This document shows, piece by piece, positions 12,370 to 25,700 of a stretch of DNA of 64,000 nt (the stretch's first letter is position 1; each line of letters begins with the position of its first letter). The notes beneath the pieces are model-generated. The model was not told the DNA's origin. It saw nothing but the letters and a program-made list of their open reading frames with translations, and did not search any database. The stretch covers positions 5,580,001 through 5,644,000 of the forward strand of contig NW_024704758.1 of NCBI RefSeq assembly GCF_018977255.1. The letters run 5' to 3'. The translations under genes and the position numbers were made by a program. This DNA comes from Callorhinchus milii (taxonomy: Eukaryota).

Positions 12370-12693
12370 GGAGTCCTGTAGCTCAGTGGTCGGAGCGCTC
12401 GCCTCGCAAGCGAGAGACCAGGGTTGGATTCCCGGCAGAGGGCGAAACCTTGGGCAAGTTTCCTTACTCCACACGCCTGATAATAATCCCACAAGAAAAA
12501 GGATATATAAAATTGGTCGCTTCAATCCACGACTGTTTGCGGGACACCGCTGTGCGCAATCGGCTGCCGCATTTCGCCCAGAAATATACAGTCAATTCAC
12601 TTTACAGTATATTCTGTGAAGCGCTTTGAGACGTCTCGAAGACGTGAAAAGGCGCTATATCAAATGCAAGGATTATTATTATTATTATTATTA
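12370..12693 (+). mobile_element. Young SINE, full length
   Basis: Same consensus. Confidence 0.88.
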
Positions 12694-13369
12694 TGATTCT
12701 ATGAGAAGAAAGTTAGAGGCCATGGGTGGATACCAAAATTCTGCCTACTGGGGACAGCGGAGAGACATTCTGCACAGTTCACTTGCGAGGCTCCATCTCC
12801 TGCCCCGTGGCTGCTGGTTTTGGCAGCTTGTCAAGAATGGCTAAGCCGAAATCCTCTTCACTGCCAAGTGCTAGTTTGTTAGGAGGGGCAATCAGCAGCC
12901 TAGTTTTAGTTTGAAAATGTGACCAGTTTGTGATGCATAATATCTTGGAAATATAGAGTGAACGACAATTTAAGCAAGTGAGCAACTGGGCCACCATGTT
13001 AAATTTTCTTCTGTAAGTGGGACAGGAGATCGGCCCCACCTTGGCTTTTCGCTGCTTTTGCTCCACACCTGAACATTGGACTTTGTCCTGTAATAAGTAC
13101 TGTACTGTGAAACTATTGATTATAATCAGGTTGTAAATGACTTAGCTGTGCTGATTTCAAAATTCTGATTGAAATTAGTTTACCGTCTGCCTCGCCTTGT
13201 TTTTCAAACAAATTGTAGATGTGACTCTCCTGCCCTTTGAGATTACATTCAGTTTACAGAAAAACCTTTGTTTTGAGAGATCAGACAACTTTACTTTTGC
13301 ACTGCCCTTTCTTAATTGCTCTTTTCATCTCTAATTTGGGGATCCTGTTTCAAAGTCTTTCTCAATTGC

Positions 13370-13880
13370 TTTTTCATCTCACGAGACCCTCGTGCACACA
13401 TTCATAATATTCCAGGCTCAATTACGTAAACTCCCTGTTGTCGGCCTCCTCAACTCCTCCTTCCATAGGCTGCACATCATTCAGAACTCTAGCCCATGTC
13501 CTCTCCTGTACCAGGCTCCGTGACCCTATTGCCCCCATCCTCACCCAGATTCCACTGACTTCCCATCACACAGAGGATACAGTTCAGTAACCTGGTCCTC
13601 ACCTTCAAAGCCCTCCATGGCCTTGCTCTTCCCTATCTGTGACTTTCTAACCCCCTACCAACCTACCTTCTCCCTCCACTCAGTGGGCTCGTTTGTTTCA
13701 TGTCCCTTGCCCCCGCCACCATTAGTGGGTGAGCCTTCAACCACTCTGCCCCCACCCTCTGGAACTCCATCCCACAGTCCCTCTGCTTCACCCCCTCCTT
13801 TACCTCCTTCAAAGACCCGTCTGAAGACCCTCCTCTTTGACTGTGCCTTCAGTCATCCTTCTTACCCCCTGCTCTCCACC
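13370..13880 (+). mobile_element. L2 LINE 3' fragment
   Basis: Decayed L2 ORF2 end (cagaactct...ctcaccttcaaagccctccatggccttgct...) plus pyrimidine-rich 3' UTR. Similar fragments at about 18330-18660(-), 25630-26000(-), 45230-45725(+), 54790-55290(-) and 56030-56560(-). Confidence 0.7.
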
Positions 13881-16130
13881 CTCCCTGATCCCAATTTTAC
13901 TGGGGGATTGTTGACCAAAGCACCAGGAGAAACTCCTTTTTCAAATTGTGCCATGGGATCTTAATATCCATCTGAACAAATAAACAGGACCTTTATTTTA
14001 ATGTCTCATCTGAGGGATGGCATCTCCCAATAAACCCAACGTAAGCTTGAAACCACAACGTTCTCATTCAGAAGCGAGAATGTTAGAAACTGAGCTTGGC
14101 TGGCACCTTATTTATTTACAAATATTTCTTCACTAATGGCATGTTTCTGAACAAAGTATTAAAAATCGTTATGTTCAAGGCACAACAAAGAAGTGCTGTG
14201 AATATACAATACAATTTACATTTCCCTTCACCTTGGGCAAAACGTCAAAACGCTTAGCAATGCTGTGCGGTCAAAGGGGAAAGGTTTTCAGACATGCCTT
14301 GAACGAGGGGAAAATAAGGGAGCGACTCACAGGGTGTGCAGGAACAAGATGGTTGATAGCCTGGGCTAATAGAAAAGTGGAAATATTTGCCAGAAATTGT
14401 GTAGAAATTTGAAAATTTCCAGAGAATTGATTGGTGCTATTGAAGTACATTTTACTGCCAACCTACATTTTTTAACTTTATTGATAATAAACATGAGTAA
14501 ATAACACATTAGATTATTGCAAAACATTTTTATTAATTTCTTTACCAAAATACTGAGTGGCCCATTTGGAGGGGTGGGGTGAGGGAGGGTCACCAATGCA
14601 GACCCAAAGCTCCGCCAAAAAAAAACTACACCACGGGGCTACAGAGCTCACCACCTCCCGCCTCTCAAGTCCCAGCAACGTACACAGACCCACAGAGACA
14701 CACACATACATTCACAGAACCAAGACACACACCGACTACCGACGAAAACTATGAAACTCTGCCTTAATCCCTCCGCCTTTGTCTCCTCCATCCCAGTCTT
14801 CAGATCATAACTGAAGACCTTCCTCTTCGGCCATGCCTATTGTCACCCCCCGCTCTCCCTGGCTCAGCGTCAAGCCACCACTGTTAAGCACTCCGAGATG
14901 CTATCCTGCATAAGAGTTGTAAAAAAAAATCCCAACTGTTGGGCATTCACTGTATCTTGCAGTCTAGTTCATTTTAATCAATGGAGGGAATTATAATAAT
15001 AATTCTTGCATGTGATGTAGCTCCTTTCATGTCAGAAGGACATCCCAAAGCACTTCACATGACTTACTGAAAAGTGTAGCGTTTGTAGGTGAATATGGCA
15101 ATCTATTTGTGCACACTTATGTCCACAAACAGAAATGAAGTGAGTGACCAATTTTATTCAGGAAGATTGTCAGCCAGGATACTGAGAGAATCTCTCTATT
15201 CTTTGCAAATAGCACCATCAGATTTTTAACATCACCTAGAGCACTGTATATTTTTCTGGTCACCGTTAAATGAGGGTAATTAATGAGTGAAACAGGTTAC
15301 TAGGAAGGGTGGTTGAGGCCAGGACATTTAAAAACACAGCCTGATGCCGTGATGGAAAGACAGTAGGGTGGTAGGATGAGATCAAATGGGCTCAAGAGTC
15401 TTCTTCTCATTATCCTGTGTAGCAACAAACATGATATATCAAACAGCATGTACAGTATAAAAACAGTAGACAACTATCTATATTAATTACAAATTCTAGT
15501 ATAATATCCTTTTGCCTCTATGTACATGATTCTATTGCAAAATACACAACCGCTTTATCGAAAGCAAATTTCATTCTGTGTAGGTATTTGAGAAAGTTCA
15601 GGCACAATCTTGTAGTGACTAATAGCATTGTTCTGATTGAAATATCATCTTAGTTGACCACTATACAGCTCACAGTGTTGTATATTGTATTTAAAAACGT
15701 TTCGCTCTTCTCTTTAGAAACGTCTTCTTTTGTTCCGACGGACTAAGTTCCGTTTGCTTCAGCGACAGGATGGAAAATGCAGATTGGATTATATCTCCAA
15801 TCATTCCTTTATAGAGAACAAAATGCACTGTTAAACCCACTGGAAACCGCAGGCAATACCTAAATCTAAACCAGTTTCTTACATGCTTGCTGCACTTACC
15901 CCGCCACCCTCCACCTCACCATCAGCGGCCAAGCTTTCAACCACTATTGCCACATTATCTCAAACTCCCTCCATATACCACTCCACCATACCACCTCCAT
16001 CTGGCTTCAAACGTCGATGAAAAATCTATTGCTTTGACCAAGCCCATTGGTCATCTTCCAGTTCCCCCATCATTCCTCTGCTTGGTATCCAAACAGTGTC
16101 ACAGGATCTTTAGCGTCAGGTTCAAACAGA

Positions 16131-16431
16131 TAATAATCCTTGCATTTGATATAGCACTTTTCACGTCTCTTAGATGTCTCAAAGTGCTTCACAGAATATT
16201 CTGTTAAGTTAATTGACTGTATATTTTGTGGGCGAAACGCAGCAGCCGATTGCGCACAGCAGTGTCCCGCAAACAGTCGTGGATTGAGTGACCAAATCAT
16301 TTTTTTTCTTGGGGGATTATTATCAGGCATGTGGAGTAAGGAAACTTGCCCAAGGTTTCGCCCTGCTGGGAATCGAACCCAAGTCTCTGGCTTGCGAGGT
16401 GAGTGCTCTAACCAATGAGGTACAGAACTCC
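16131..16431 (-). mobile_element. Young SINE
   Basis: Reverse complement of the same consensus. Confidence 0.85.
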
Positions 16432-16447
16432 TTAAACAAAACTCACC

Positions 16448-16761
16448 TCAACTGGAAATTTGGTACTTTATCTCCTTCACTGCTGTGGATTCAGGATGAG
16501 TAACCTCGCATCTGAGATCAGTGTTCTGATCAGAAGGATCGGGGGCAAATTCGATTTTTGTAACTGAAGCAAAGAGTCCATTCTCTGCAATCTGCGCCTT
16601 GGTGTTTGTCACTGGGCCTGTGTAGGGCACTTTCCCTTTGAACCACTTCACTTCAATTTCTTCAGGAGCGTAGTCACTCAGTGAAACACTGAAAGTCGTT
16701 TGCTTGTTTACCTCTGGAATTGTTGGATTGCATTGCATTTCGGACACGGTGGGAGCAGAAG
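16448..16761 (-). CDS. Gene D post-TM domain 6 (B-strand Cys lost; ends TGA then G|gtgagt)
   Basis: ASAPTVSEMQCNPTIPEVNKQTTFSVSLSDYAPEEIEVKWFKG...LRCEVTH. Confidence 0.82.
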
Positions 16762-19700
16762 CTGAAAGAGTGCAATAAAATATAATAAATAACCCTTGTG
16801 TTTAATATAGCACATTTCAAGTCATGAGGATGTCGCAAAGCATTCACAGAATGCACTATACAGTGTAGTGACTGACTTTATATTTTTGTAGGTGAATGTG
16901 ACAGCCAGTTTGCACACAGTAATGTCTCACAAACAGCCATGAAATGAATTACCCATTCTTATCTGAGGGATTGTTGGCCAGGACACAGAAAGGAGCTCCC
17001 TTCTCTTTTTTAATGTGACATAGTGCCACAGGATCTTTAATGTCAAGGACCTTGATGGGTGGTAGACAGGTTTAGATAGGTCAATCGATCGAGGTTTAAA
17101 GTTTCATCCGAAGGACGGCACCAACAATATAGTGCAACCCAAGTACTGCACTGGGATTTCAGATTAGATTATGAGCTTCAAGTCATGAAGTGGGACTTGA
17201 ACCCAAAACCTTCTGACTCAGAGGCAAGAGAGTGCTACCAAATGAGTTAGGCTGACAAACAGAAATAAGTGTGTGCATTTACCCCAACACAATTATCAAC
17301 ATTTTTCGATACAGGAAAAATAGAAACTTGAATAGAAATAGAAATCAGGCAAGCAAAAAAGGTACAAAATTGAATTTTGTAAAAAAACAAAAAAATATTG
17401 TTAACCCTTGTGAAGATGCTGGGCAGCTTCATTCAGAAGAAAATGAAGTGAAATAGTGGTTTGTGTACGTTATTTACACATCAGTAAATAAAGATCTCAA
17501 TACGATTTGTGGAAAAAGCACGAACGTGCCTCCCTTATTTCTTGTGATAGAGCATGGGTTCAAGCAGCATTCTGCATATGGATATGTAATGCAACAACAA
17601 CATGAGTTTATATAGCAGCCTCGGCATAGGATAACGTCTCGTAGCACTTCATATTGGTGGGGTTGAATGCCAAGCAAAGGAGAAGGAGGGGTGAATATGC
17701 ACTGTCAATGATGAAGGCTTTTAGGCAGAATTTAAAGACTTATAGAGAATTGGTGAGACGAACGAAAAGGAGGAAGCTCCAAAGGTTAGGAGCATAGTAG
17801 ATGAAGACTCCGCCATCGGTGCAAGTACACCAATAAGGGAAGGTGCAAGGGAAAACTGTTCACTGGCCTCTGTTTGTCACCCCTGTTTGAACCTACCTGG
17901 AAGGAGAAGGAGAATGTCTCTTTGAATAGGTTCTTGCAAAGCTTTATGTTTGACTAAAAAGGAAACTGTTGTATTGTGATCCAAAGCGGTTGGTGTCATC
18001 GTTAAGAAGGAAGTCAGCTGGAAATATCCATTTTCATCCTTCTCAGGCCCTATATTTCTTACTCCTTCGGAGATGGTCGTTTTACCTTGTAACCAAGTGG
18101 TTACGATTTCTTTTGGAGAAAAATTAGTCACACAACACCTAATGACCAGAGGTTGTCCATAGGACGGCTCGTTTGAATCAAACTCGATGTCTGAAATTTT
18201 CGGAATTCCTGTTTCAAGAAAGCACAAGGAAATAATTGTTTTCCCTTAGAAGTAATCATTGCACCTACTCATGAATGAAGAAATATTGTCCCACAGTAAC
18301 ATTTTGCAAGACAGTACAACAACCACAAATTACATTTGTATAGCGCCTTTCACGTGGGGAGGATGTCCCAAGGCATTGGACAGTCAGGTATTTGGACCCG
18401 AGTAGGGGGTTGGGATCAGGAGGGGTGGACTGTGGGATGGAGTTCCAAAGGGTGGAGGCAGAGAGGCTGAAGACCTGACCGCCAATGATGGGATGGGCCA
18501 GGCGGGGAACATGGAGTCGGGGCCTGCTAAGCGGAGGGAATGGACAAGTTGATATGGAGTTAGCAGGTCGCAGAGGTAGGAAGGAGCAAAGTCGTGGAGG
18601 GTTTTGAAGGTGAGGATGAGGATTTTGAACTCTATCCTCTGGGGGATGGGAATCAGTGGAGCCAGACGAGAGTGGAAACCAAATAAAAAGTATCAAATCG
18701 AAAAGGAAAAAGAACATAAAATGAACTGACTGAACAATTTAAGTTGACCCAACTGTGAAAAGCAATTTTCAAAGGACAATTGTTTTTCACATCACTTCCA
18801 TCAAATCTTAAAAGAAGAGGTTAAATGATTTTGGTAATAAATGTATGTGTGGATTTATGAATCTAACCTTAAATTTCAGACTCATGCTACTGTGTCTGGT
18901 TCCAAATTCTTGGCTAAACTGTGCCATGCTATTTTTTTTAAACAAAATATATAACTATTTGTAGATATATATTTATGCTTATCTCACACAGTATCAAACC
19001 CATAACAGAAAAAAGAGATGCAACAGGATATATGCAATCCCTTTTCCCATTACCCATCTCGCCAGACAAGCTTGATCAATCTGCACTGAACGTCTTGTAT
19101 CTTCCAGGTTATCACTTCCCACCACTCACGCTTGCAGTCAGTCAGAACCAGATGCTACTGTAATTCCTTGCTCACCGTTCTCGCAAACCTTTTGTCACCA
19201 TGCAGCAAGAAAGATTATAGCAAATCCCCAGGATATGTTTCTAAATCTTTTTTGTTCCTAACTGCACTCAGAATCAGTCAGCCTCTAATTCTCTACTTAT
19301 AACACTCATTGTTGGCCCGCCCTGTGGTGCAGAGTTCCAGCCAAAGTCATTCATCTCGGGCCACTTTGAACACAATTTGTTAATAATTGCCATTTTAACG
19401 TCAATTATTCCTAATCCGTGGATGGTTTTATGCAATGCCCTTGCACTCAATACGAAGTTGAAATACGACTTTCATGAACTCATTTCCATGGAAAGAGGTG
19501 TCATTCCACTGTTCTTGCCACAGTTTAAACTCTGGCTGCAGATGTTTATCTAGAGTAACTCAGATAGTCAAATGACCCACTGCTCCTCCATTTCTCCATC
19601 TTCTTTCCCTAGTCTTCCTACTGTTATTCAATCAATGGAAACAGCACTTAAAGTTATCGGGCAGTAATCAACAAAAACCTACATTGCCAAATGTGAGGTT

Positions 19701-22700
19701 TAGTACATCACATAAAGTTTTGTTAGAGTAAATTAGGGCATATAAATACACATGTATAAAATTCCAATCCATCTTTTGAGTTCAATCTTACCGTGCTTAA
19801 TGCATTAGTTCGCTTCAACCACCCTTCTTAAAACTAGAAACGAGTGTGACCCAGTTGTTGATTTCTCTCAGTATAAAGAAACACTTTGTGTGTCCGCCCT
19901 ACAATTGCCCTTCACAACCCATAACCTGTGCCCCCTTGGCCTGGTCCCTACGATGATCTAAAGTATCACTCTGTGTTTTCTTTGCAAAACCTATTCATTT
20001 ACATTCTCAACCAACAGCAATCCCATTTGGTGCTTATCCATAACTTAGAGTGGGGTGGGAGCTATAAATATAAGAGGTGGAAGCGCAGTATGGCTGACGA
20101 GCAGTACATTATAGAAGCAAAATGATATGTAGTCATTGGGTACCTCCAAGGTGCAGGGTGAGGAAGGCTTTTATAGGAGTGTGCGATGTTGGAAAATGTA
20201 GAACTTCAATCTTAATCTCAGCTCCATGGTCTTCTGGATTTATAAACAATTTCCACGTGGACTCGCGGTAGTAAAGACCAGTCTCTATATTTCCCTGAGG
20301 CTCAATGGATTGGATGTTAGCCTCCTCCACTCGCTCATTATTTTTGAACCACAAGAAGACAACATCCTTTGGAAAATACTTATGCACTCGGATTTGGATG
20401 GTTGCTTCTTTGCCTGGCTCTGGAAAGGTGGCTCTGATTTTAGGTATTCTATTATTGGAGATGCCACTGTTTCAACAGAGAAAGGACAACAAAGTTAGTA
20501 CTCACATCAATAAGCTGTCAAAAAAGTTGCTGAGAAATTCAAAATAGCAACGAGGAATCATTGGGCATGCATTGAACTGTGCTAAACCTCATAAGTAATT
20601 TGTTTAGAAGTTATTGCACAATGATTTACCATCCACTGACTATCTTATTTGACTGAAGAATAGGAACGTAGAAATTTACAGCACTGAAGATGGCCATTTC
20701 AGCCCATTATGTCCATGCTGGCTCTTTTGAAGAGCAATCCTTAAGCAGTCCCAGGCTGACACTCTTCACATTTAAGCTGTAAATAAGTGGCTATCATTGT
20801 ACTCACCCATTGGAATGAGCGAACACTCAGCTCTTCTACACTCTCCAGGACTATCAGAACGCATTTCACAATACAGGTGCTTTCCGAAATCTTCTCTGAC
20901 CACAACGAATTCCAGACGGCTCTTAAAGTAAAACAAGTTATCTTTCCCGCTGGTTACCTCTGCGTCAGGGATCATTTCAGCCAAGATTTCGTCATCCTTT
21001 CTCCAAACAATTATAATATTTCTTGGAAAAAAGGAATGTACTCTGCAGGTGGCGATCAAGATTTCGTCCGCAATGGGGGACTTTGGATGCAGTATAATGT
21101 CATCAAAGTTCGGCAAAGCTGACAAATAAAATAATAATAATATTAATAATACTTGCATCTGATAAAGTGCCTCATCTCGTCACAGCAAAGCCCCACAAAC
21201 AGCCATGGAGTGAATGATCAATTTTATTTTGGGGGATTGTTGGCCTGGACACCAGGAGAAACTCCCTTCTCTATTCGATTAGTGCCGCAGGATCTTTAAA
21301 TGTCTACCCGAACAGGCAGGTGGCACCACATTTGAATATTTATCTGAAGGATTGCATCTCTGACAATGCAGCAGCCTGCAGTACTGTATTGGAGTGTCAC
21401 CTTCCAGTAAATCCTGGGAAGCATTTTGAGACTCTTCCTGCTGTTAAAGACGCGATATCAAATATAAGAAATATTTATTATCAAATGTAACAAATATTAT
21501 CATCATCATCTCATTTTAAACACAATGGTCAGAAAATGCACACCGTACCTTTAACAGTTAGGCTGACTTCTTTGGTTCTTGTTATACTTGTTGCTGGATG
21601 TGTTATTTTGCAAATGTACTGTGAATTGTTGTCTTCAATTATGGTTGGAATAAACTTTAAAATACTAGTGATACTGTAAGTACCGTCTTCATATCTCAAC
21701 TCATTCAAATTGTGGACATATTTGGGCCTCTCTATTTCATTTCCAACCGTCTCACTCAGTTTCCCTGGTTCAACCTTCACAATTTCCACTTCCTCGTTGT
21801 TATGTCTTTTGTACCAGGAGATAGCCAGTGGCCTTGGCTTGAATCCATTAATTGGGCAAGTCAGAGCCAGGACTTCTTGGTGGATGACACGAGGCGGCAT
21901 CACAATGTCAGTCAACATCGGTGGGACTTCGAGTAAGAAAGAAAAATTAAAGTTGCACGTGTTGTGGCAAAAAAAAACTTACACTTTGAAACACATTTGG
22001 AACTCAATTCTTTTTAAACACTGGTTTAAAATCTTCACTTCAATCTGCAGGTACAGAAAATCAGAGGTTGCTGGTCCTAGTTGACCTCTCCCTCCTTAAC
22101 CCATGAACTGAGGGCAATCTTATAGGCTAAAGCTCAGTGGAATTTTCGGCTCTGAGATTTTTCCCATATTTCCCAATATTTTCCCAGATATTCTGTTGAT
22201 TAAGCTCGCTTATCAGAGTTATCAGAGCTTTGATTGACAATGCTGAAATAATGACGAGGCCTAAAATCACTGAAAACCTTTTTGTAAAAGTCTTATTAAA
22301 GCCATCAATTTTAACTTCTCAAACAGAGTACAACAAATAAGACACTGGTTTCACCAATAACTGGTAATAATAGTAATTTTTACTTACCTCCTTCCACATT
22401 CAGAGTGACACTTTCAGAAAAAAAGCTTTCTGTGCTGTCATGACGTACGTGAAGCGTGAGAATAGCCTTGTCATCCTTAAAAATATCAAGCAGCAATTTA
22501 ACATGACACGTGACACTGGAAGTCCCATCACTATGTTGTTCAATAGATGATACAATATTGAAAGTCTGATCTAAGGTCTCACTGTCAGAAAGAAGTAAAC
22601 TCTTGACATCCTCTGTGGACTCTTTGTCAGACCACTTGTATATTGTGACTGTATTCGATTCCCTTCTTTGTAGTAGCCATTCAATATTAATACCGTCCGG

Positions 22701-25700
22701 TCTGTATCCAGAAATCTCACAGTCCAAGAAAGCTTCTTGATGATGTAGAAAGTGAGCTGGCTTGGTGATATTTGTAACTTTTGGAGGAACTAAAATAACA
22801 TTGAAAAGCACACTTGAATTTATTTGTTCTGAGGATGCCACATCAAAAACACCATACACATTACAGTAAAGTTCTGCAAAATTCTTTGAGATGTTTCAAT
22901 CATATGTTAAAGTGTTATATCAAATGCAAGTCTTATTATTAATAATAGAATAAAAATACATATGATATATAGATTAAATAGTCAATATGCGAATTGTTTT
23001 ATTGAAAAAGAAATAATTGAAGTGCACATACTACTATAAGACATGTAAAGAATTGTTTTACCTTTTTTGATTCTAAGGTAAGCATAAAATGCTCCTCCCA
23101 GGATTAGTGCACATAGCAAGACAGTAATGAACACGCTCGTCACTATTCGTCCTACTGGTATAACAATATCTTTCTCTGAGGGGAAGACAAAAGGACATAT
23201 TTAGCTCTACAGTGGGTTACGAATATAACTTGTCTGGAAAATGGAAACCAATTCCAATTCAACACCTGAAATTCCACCTGTCAGATCATCTTGTCTTAAA
23301 ATTTAAGGTTGCGCAGAATTATAGAAAACTCCTTTGGAAGCTGTTTTTTTGATGGTTCTTAAAAGAACACAGCTTCAGATTGAAATTGAATAGAAGAAAT
23401 TTGCACAATCCTGTGCCATTTCAAATCGTAAGACAGAATGGTCTTACAAATTGCAGAGTTGCATGCCTCCTGAACAGTGTGAAAGTCTGTGATCACTTTC
23501 TGCATCTCTCCCAATCTACTTCCCAATTTCATCCTTCTCTCTGCGAATTGCAACCATTGCATGAACCTTTCTGTATGCCTGAAAATCTCTGATAGCTCAC
23601 TCAGGGGACTGTTCCTGAGCAGGAATGACTGGTAGTCAGTATCGAGCATGGAGGCACGTCTTAGTTGAGCCCAATCCTATCCTCACTTGGCGTCCAACAG
23701 AAGCACAATTTCCGGCTGGGAGGTGGAAGGTTATTAAACATGGATGAAAGACTTATCCCCTTCCCAGACTAAGGACACTGAGACTAACTACATTGGACCC
23801 AAAAATACCCATACTAAACTCACATATTTTCACTTCCACCTTCGCATTCTAACACAAACTACTTTTTGGAGATTGGTGTACGTTTCTGAAATTAAAATGG
23901 TACCTTTGACAGTCAGGAGAACGTCCTTGCTCAAACCACCAACGAGTGTCCTATGGTTTACAAGGCATGTGTAGGTTTTGCCGCTGTCTGTAAGATCTGG
24001 TCGGAGGGTCAGGCGGCTGGACAGGTTGAAAGTTCCATCTTCGTTTTTCACTGGGGATTTTCTGCAGACCGACTTTAAAACCTCTTGTTTTCCATCCCCG
24101 CTGTTGTGAATCCACTTCACATCAATTTTTAAAGGATAGTAGCGGTTGATGTTGCACATGATTGACTTCTCTGTGCCGTTCTCGATTATGATACTAGATT
24201 GATCTACACTCACCTTTGGTTCAGCTGTGAAGATGAACAGAAATCTGCGTCAAACATTTAAATATTTAAAACCGTCATTTTTAAAACTTAAATTTGTGTA
24301 TTTTTTCTGCAACTTTCTCTCCGTACCTACTGAGTCTTTTGAATTATGCAACCATGGCACTAATCATTGATGGAGCCTGGACCTCCACAACCCATACACC
24401 TCATATGAGATACAGGACTGGAGTGGCTTCTTTACAAGAGGCCAAATCAAAAAACTTCTGGGCATCACAAGAAATCCTCTGTATGCAACAGATCTACAGG
24501 GGTAAGAACCTATAACCAACCTGATCTACCTATATTGGACCATGATCAAACTACATAAATTCCAAGTAAAATACATTCTATCAAAAAGCTTGTTGCTTGC
24601 CCTCATCCTCCTAAAATTCCTTCACATTACACCTTCACTCTCTACTTTCAGATCCCTCCTCAAAATCAGAGTATTTTGACTCTACTTTCTGTCAAGAACC
24701 TCCCCCACCACCCCCCCCGCCCCCCCACACACACACCCCACCTCCATTTGCCCCTATTAAATGCTTCATGACATTCTCCTAAATGACAGGCGCTGTGCAA
24801 GTACAAGGTCTTGTTTGAACATAGAATACCAATAACATAACAAGATCGCAAAAATTAGAATAACACAGCATGAAAACATTATTTCCTTTTAAAACCTAGT
24901 CAGAATTTATTCTCCCTTTTGAAAAATCCCATTGATCAAGCCACTTACCTGAAACAAACATTTCCGCGTTTCCCCTTCCAGAATCAGGTGTGATAAACAC
25001 AACACATTCATACTGTCCTTCATCCTGGAATCCCACACTCAACAGAAACAGGGAAGCAATGCCTTTCTTCAATTTATCATCGGATATCTTTGCTCCCTTT
25101 CGATGAGGTGTGTGTGCACTGTTTACAAATTTGTATACCAGTTTCCTGGTGACATCAGGAGGCTTTGAGAAGTACCATTCAACACTAACACTTGCAAGGT
25201 CAATGGTTCTCGATTCATAGCCAGGTACCTGACATTTCAGTAAAGTATCCTTGTTTACAGCGACCCTCACAGGTCCTGAATCCATCAGCACATTGAGGAC
25301 ATCTTCCACTGTGGTAATTTAACAAAACAGCTAAGGTTAGTCCACAAATCATTTCATCATAAAAAACACAATGCTAGATACATCATAAAGAAAGAAAAAT
25401 CCACTCTTCAGATATTAAAATGTCTTGTTTTATTACCCACTTATTAACCTGTTCTATATGGGGCAACCAGGATAAAATAATCAGACTTTCAATGAATTTT
25501 ACACGTCACAAAACGTGCCCAAATGAGTTAGTGAAGGGGAGGAAATTTCACCTGAGTCTAAACATAAAGTGCTTGAAATGCCACTCAGTCTTTGCCTGTA
25601 ACATCAGCGGTTTATATTACAGAGTGGGAGCAAGTCTCAAAGTGTTTCATACAAATGACTGGGAGCCTGAGCTGATGCGGGGGGGGAGCTGAGGAGCGGC

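Noticed and set aside
18990-19900. Unexplained unique sequence in a gene D intron
   Set aside because: No open frame, splice pair or recognisable repeat motif; cannot be classified without a database search
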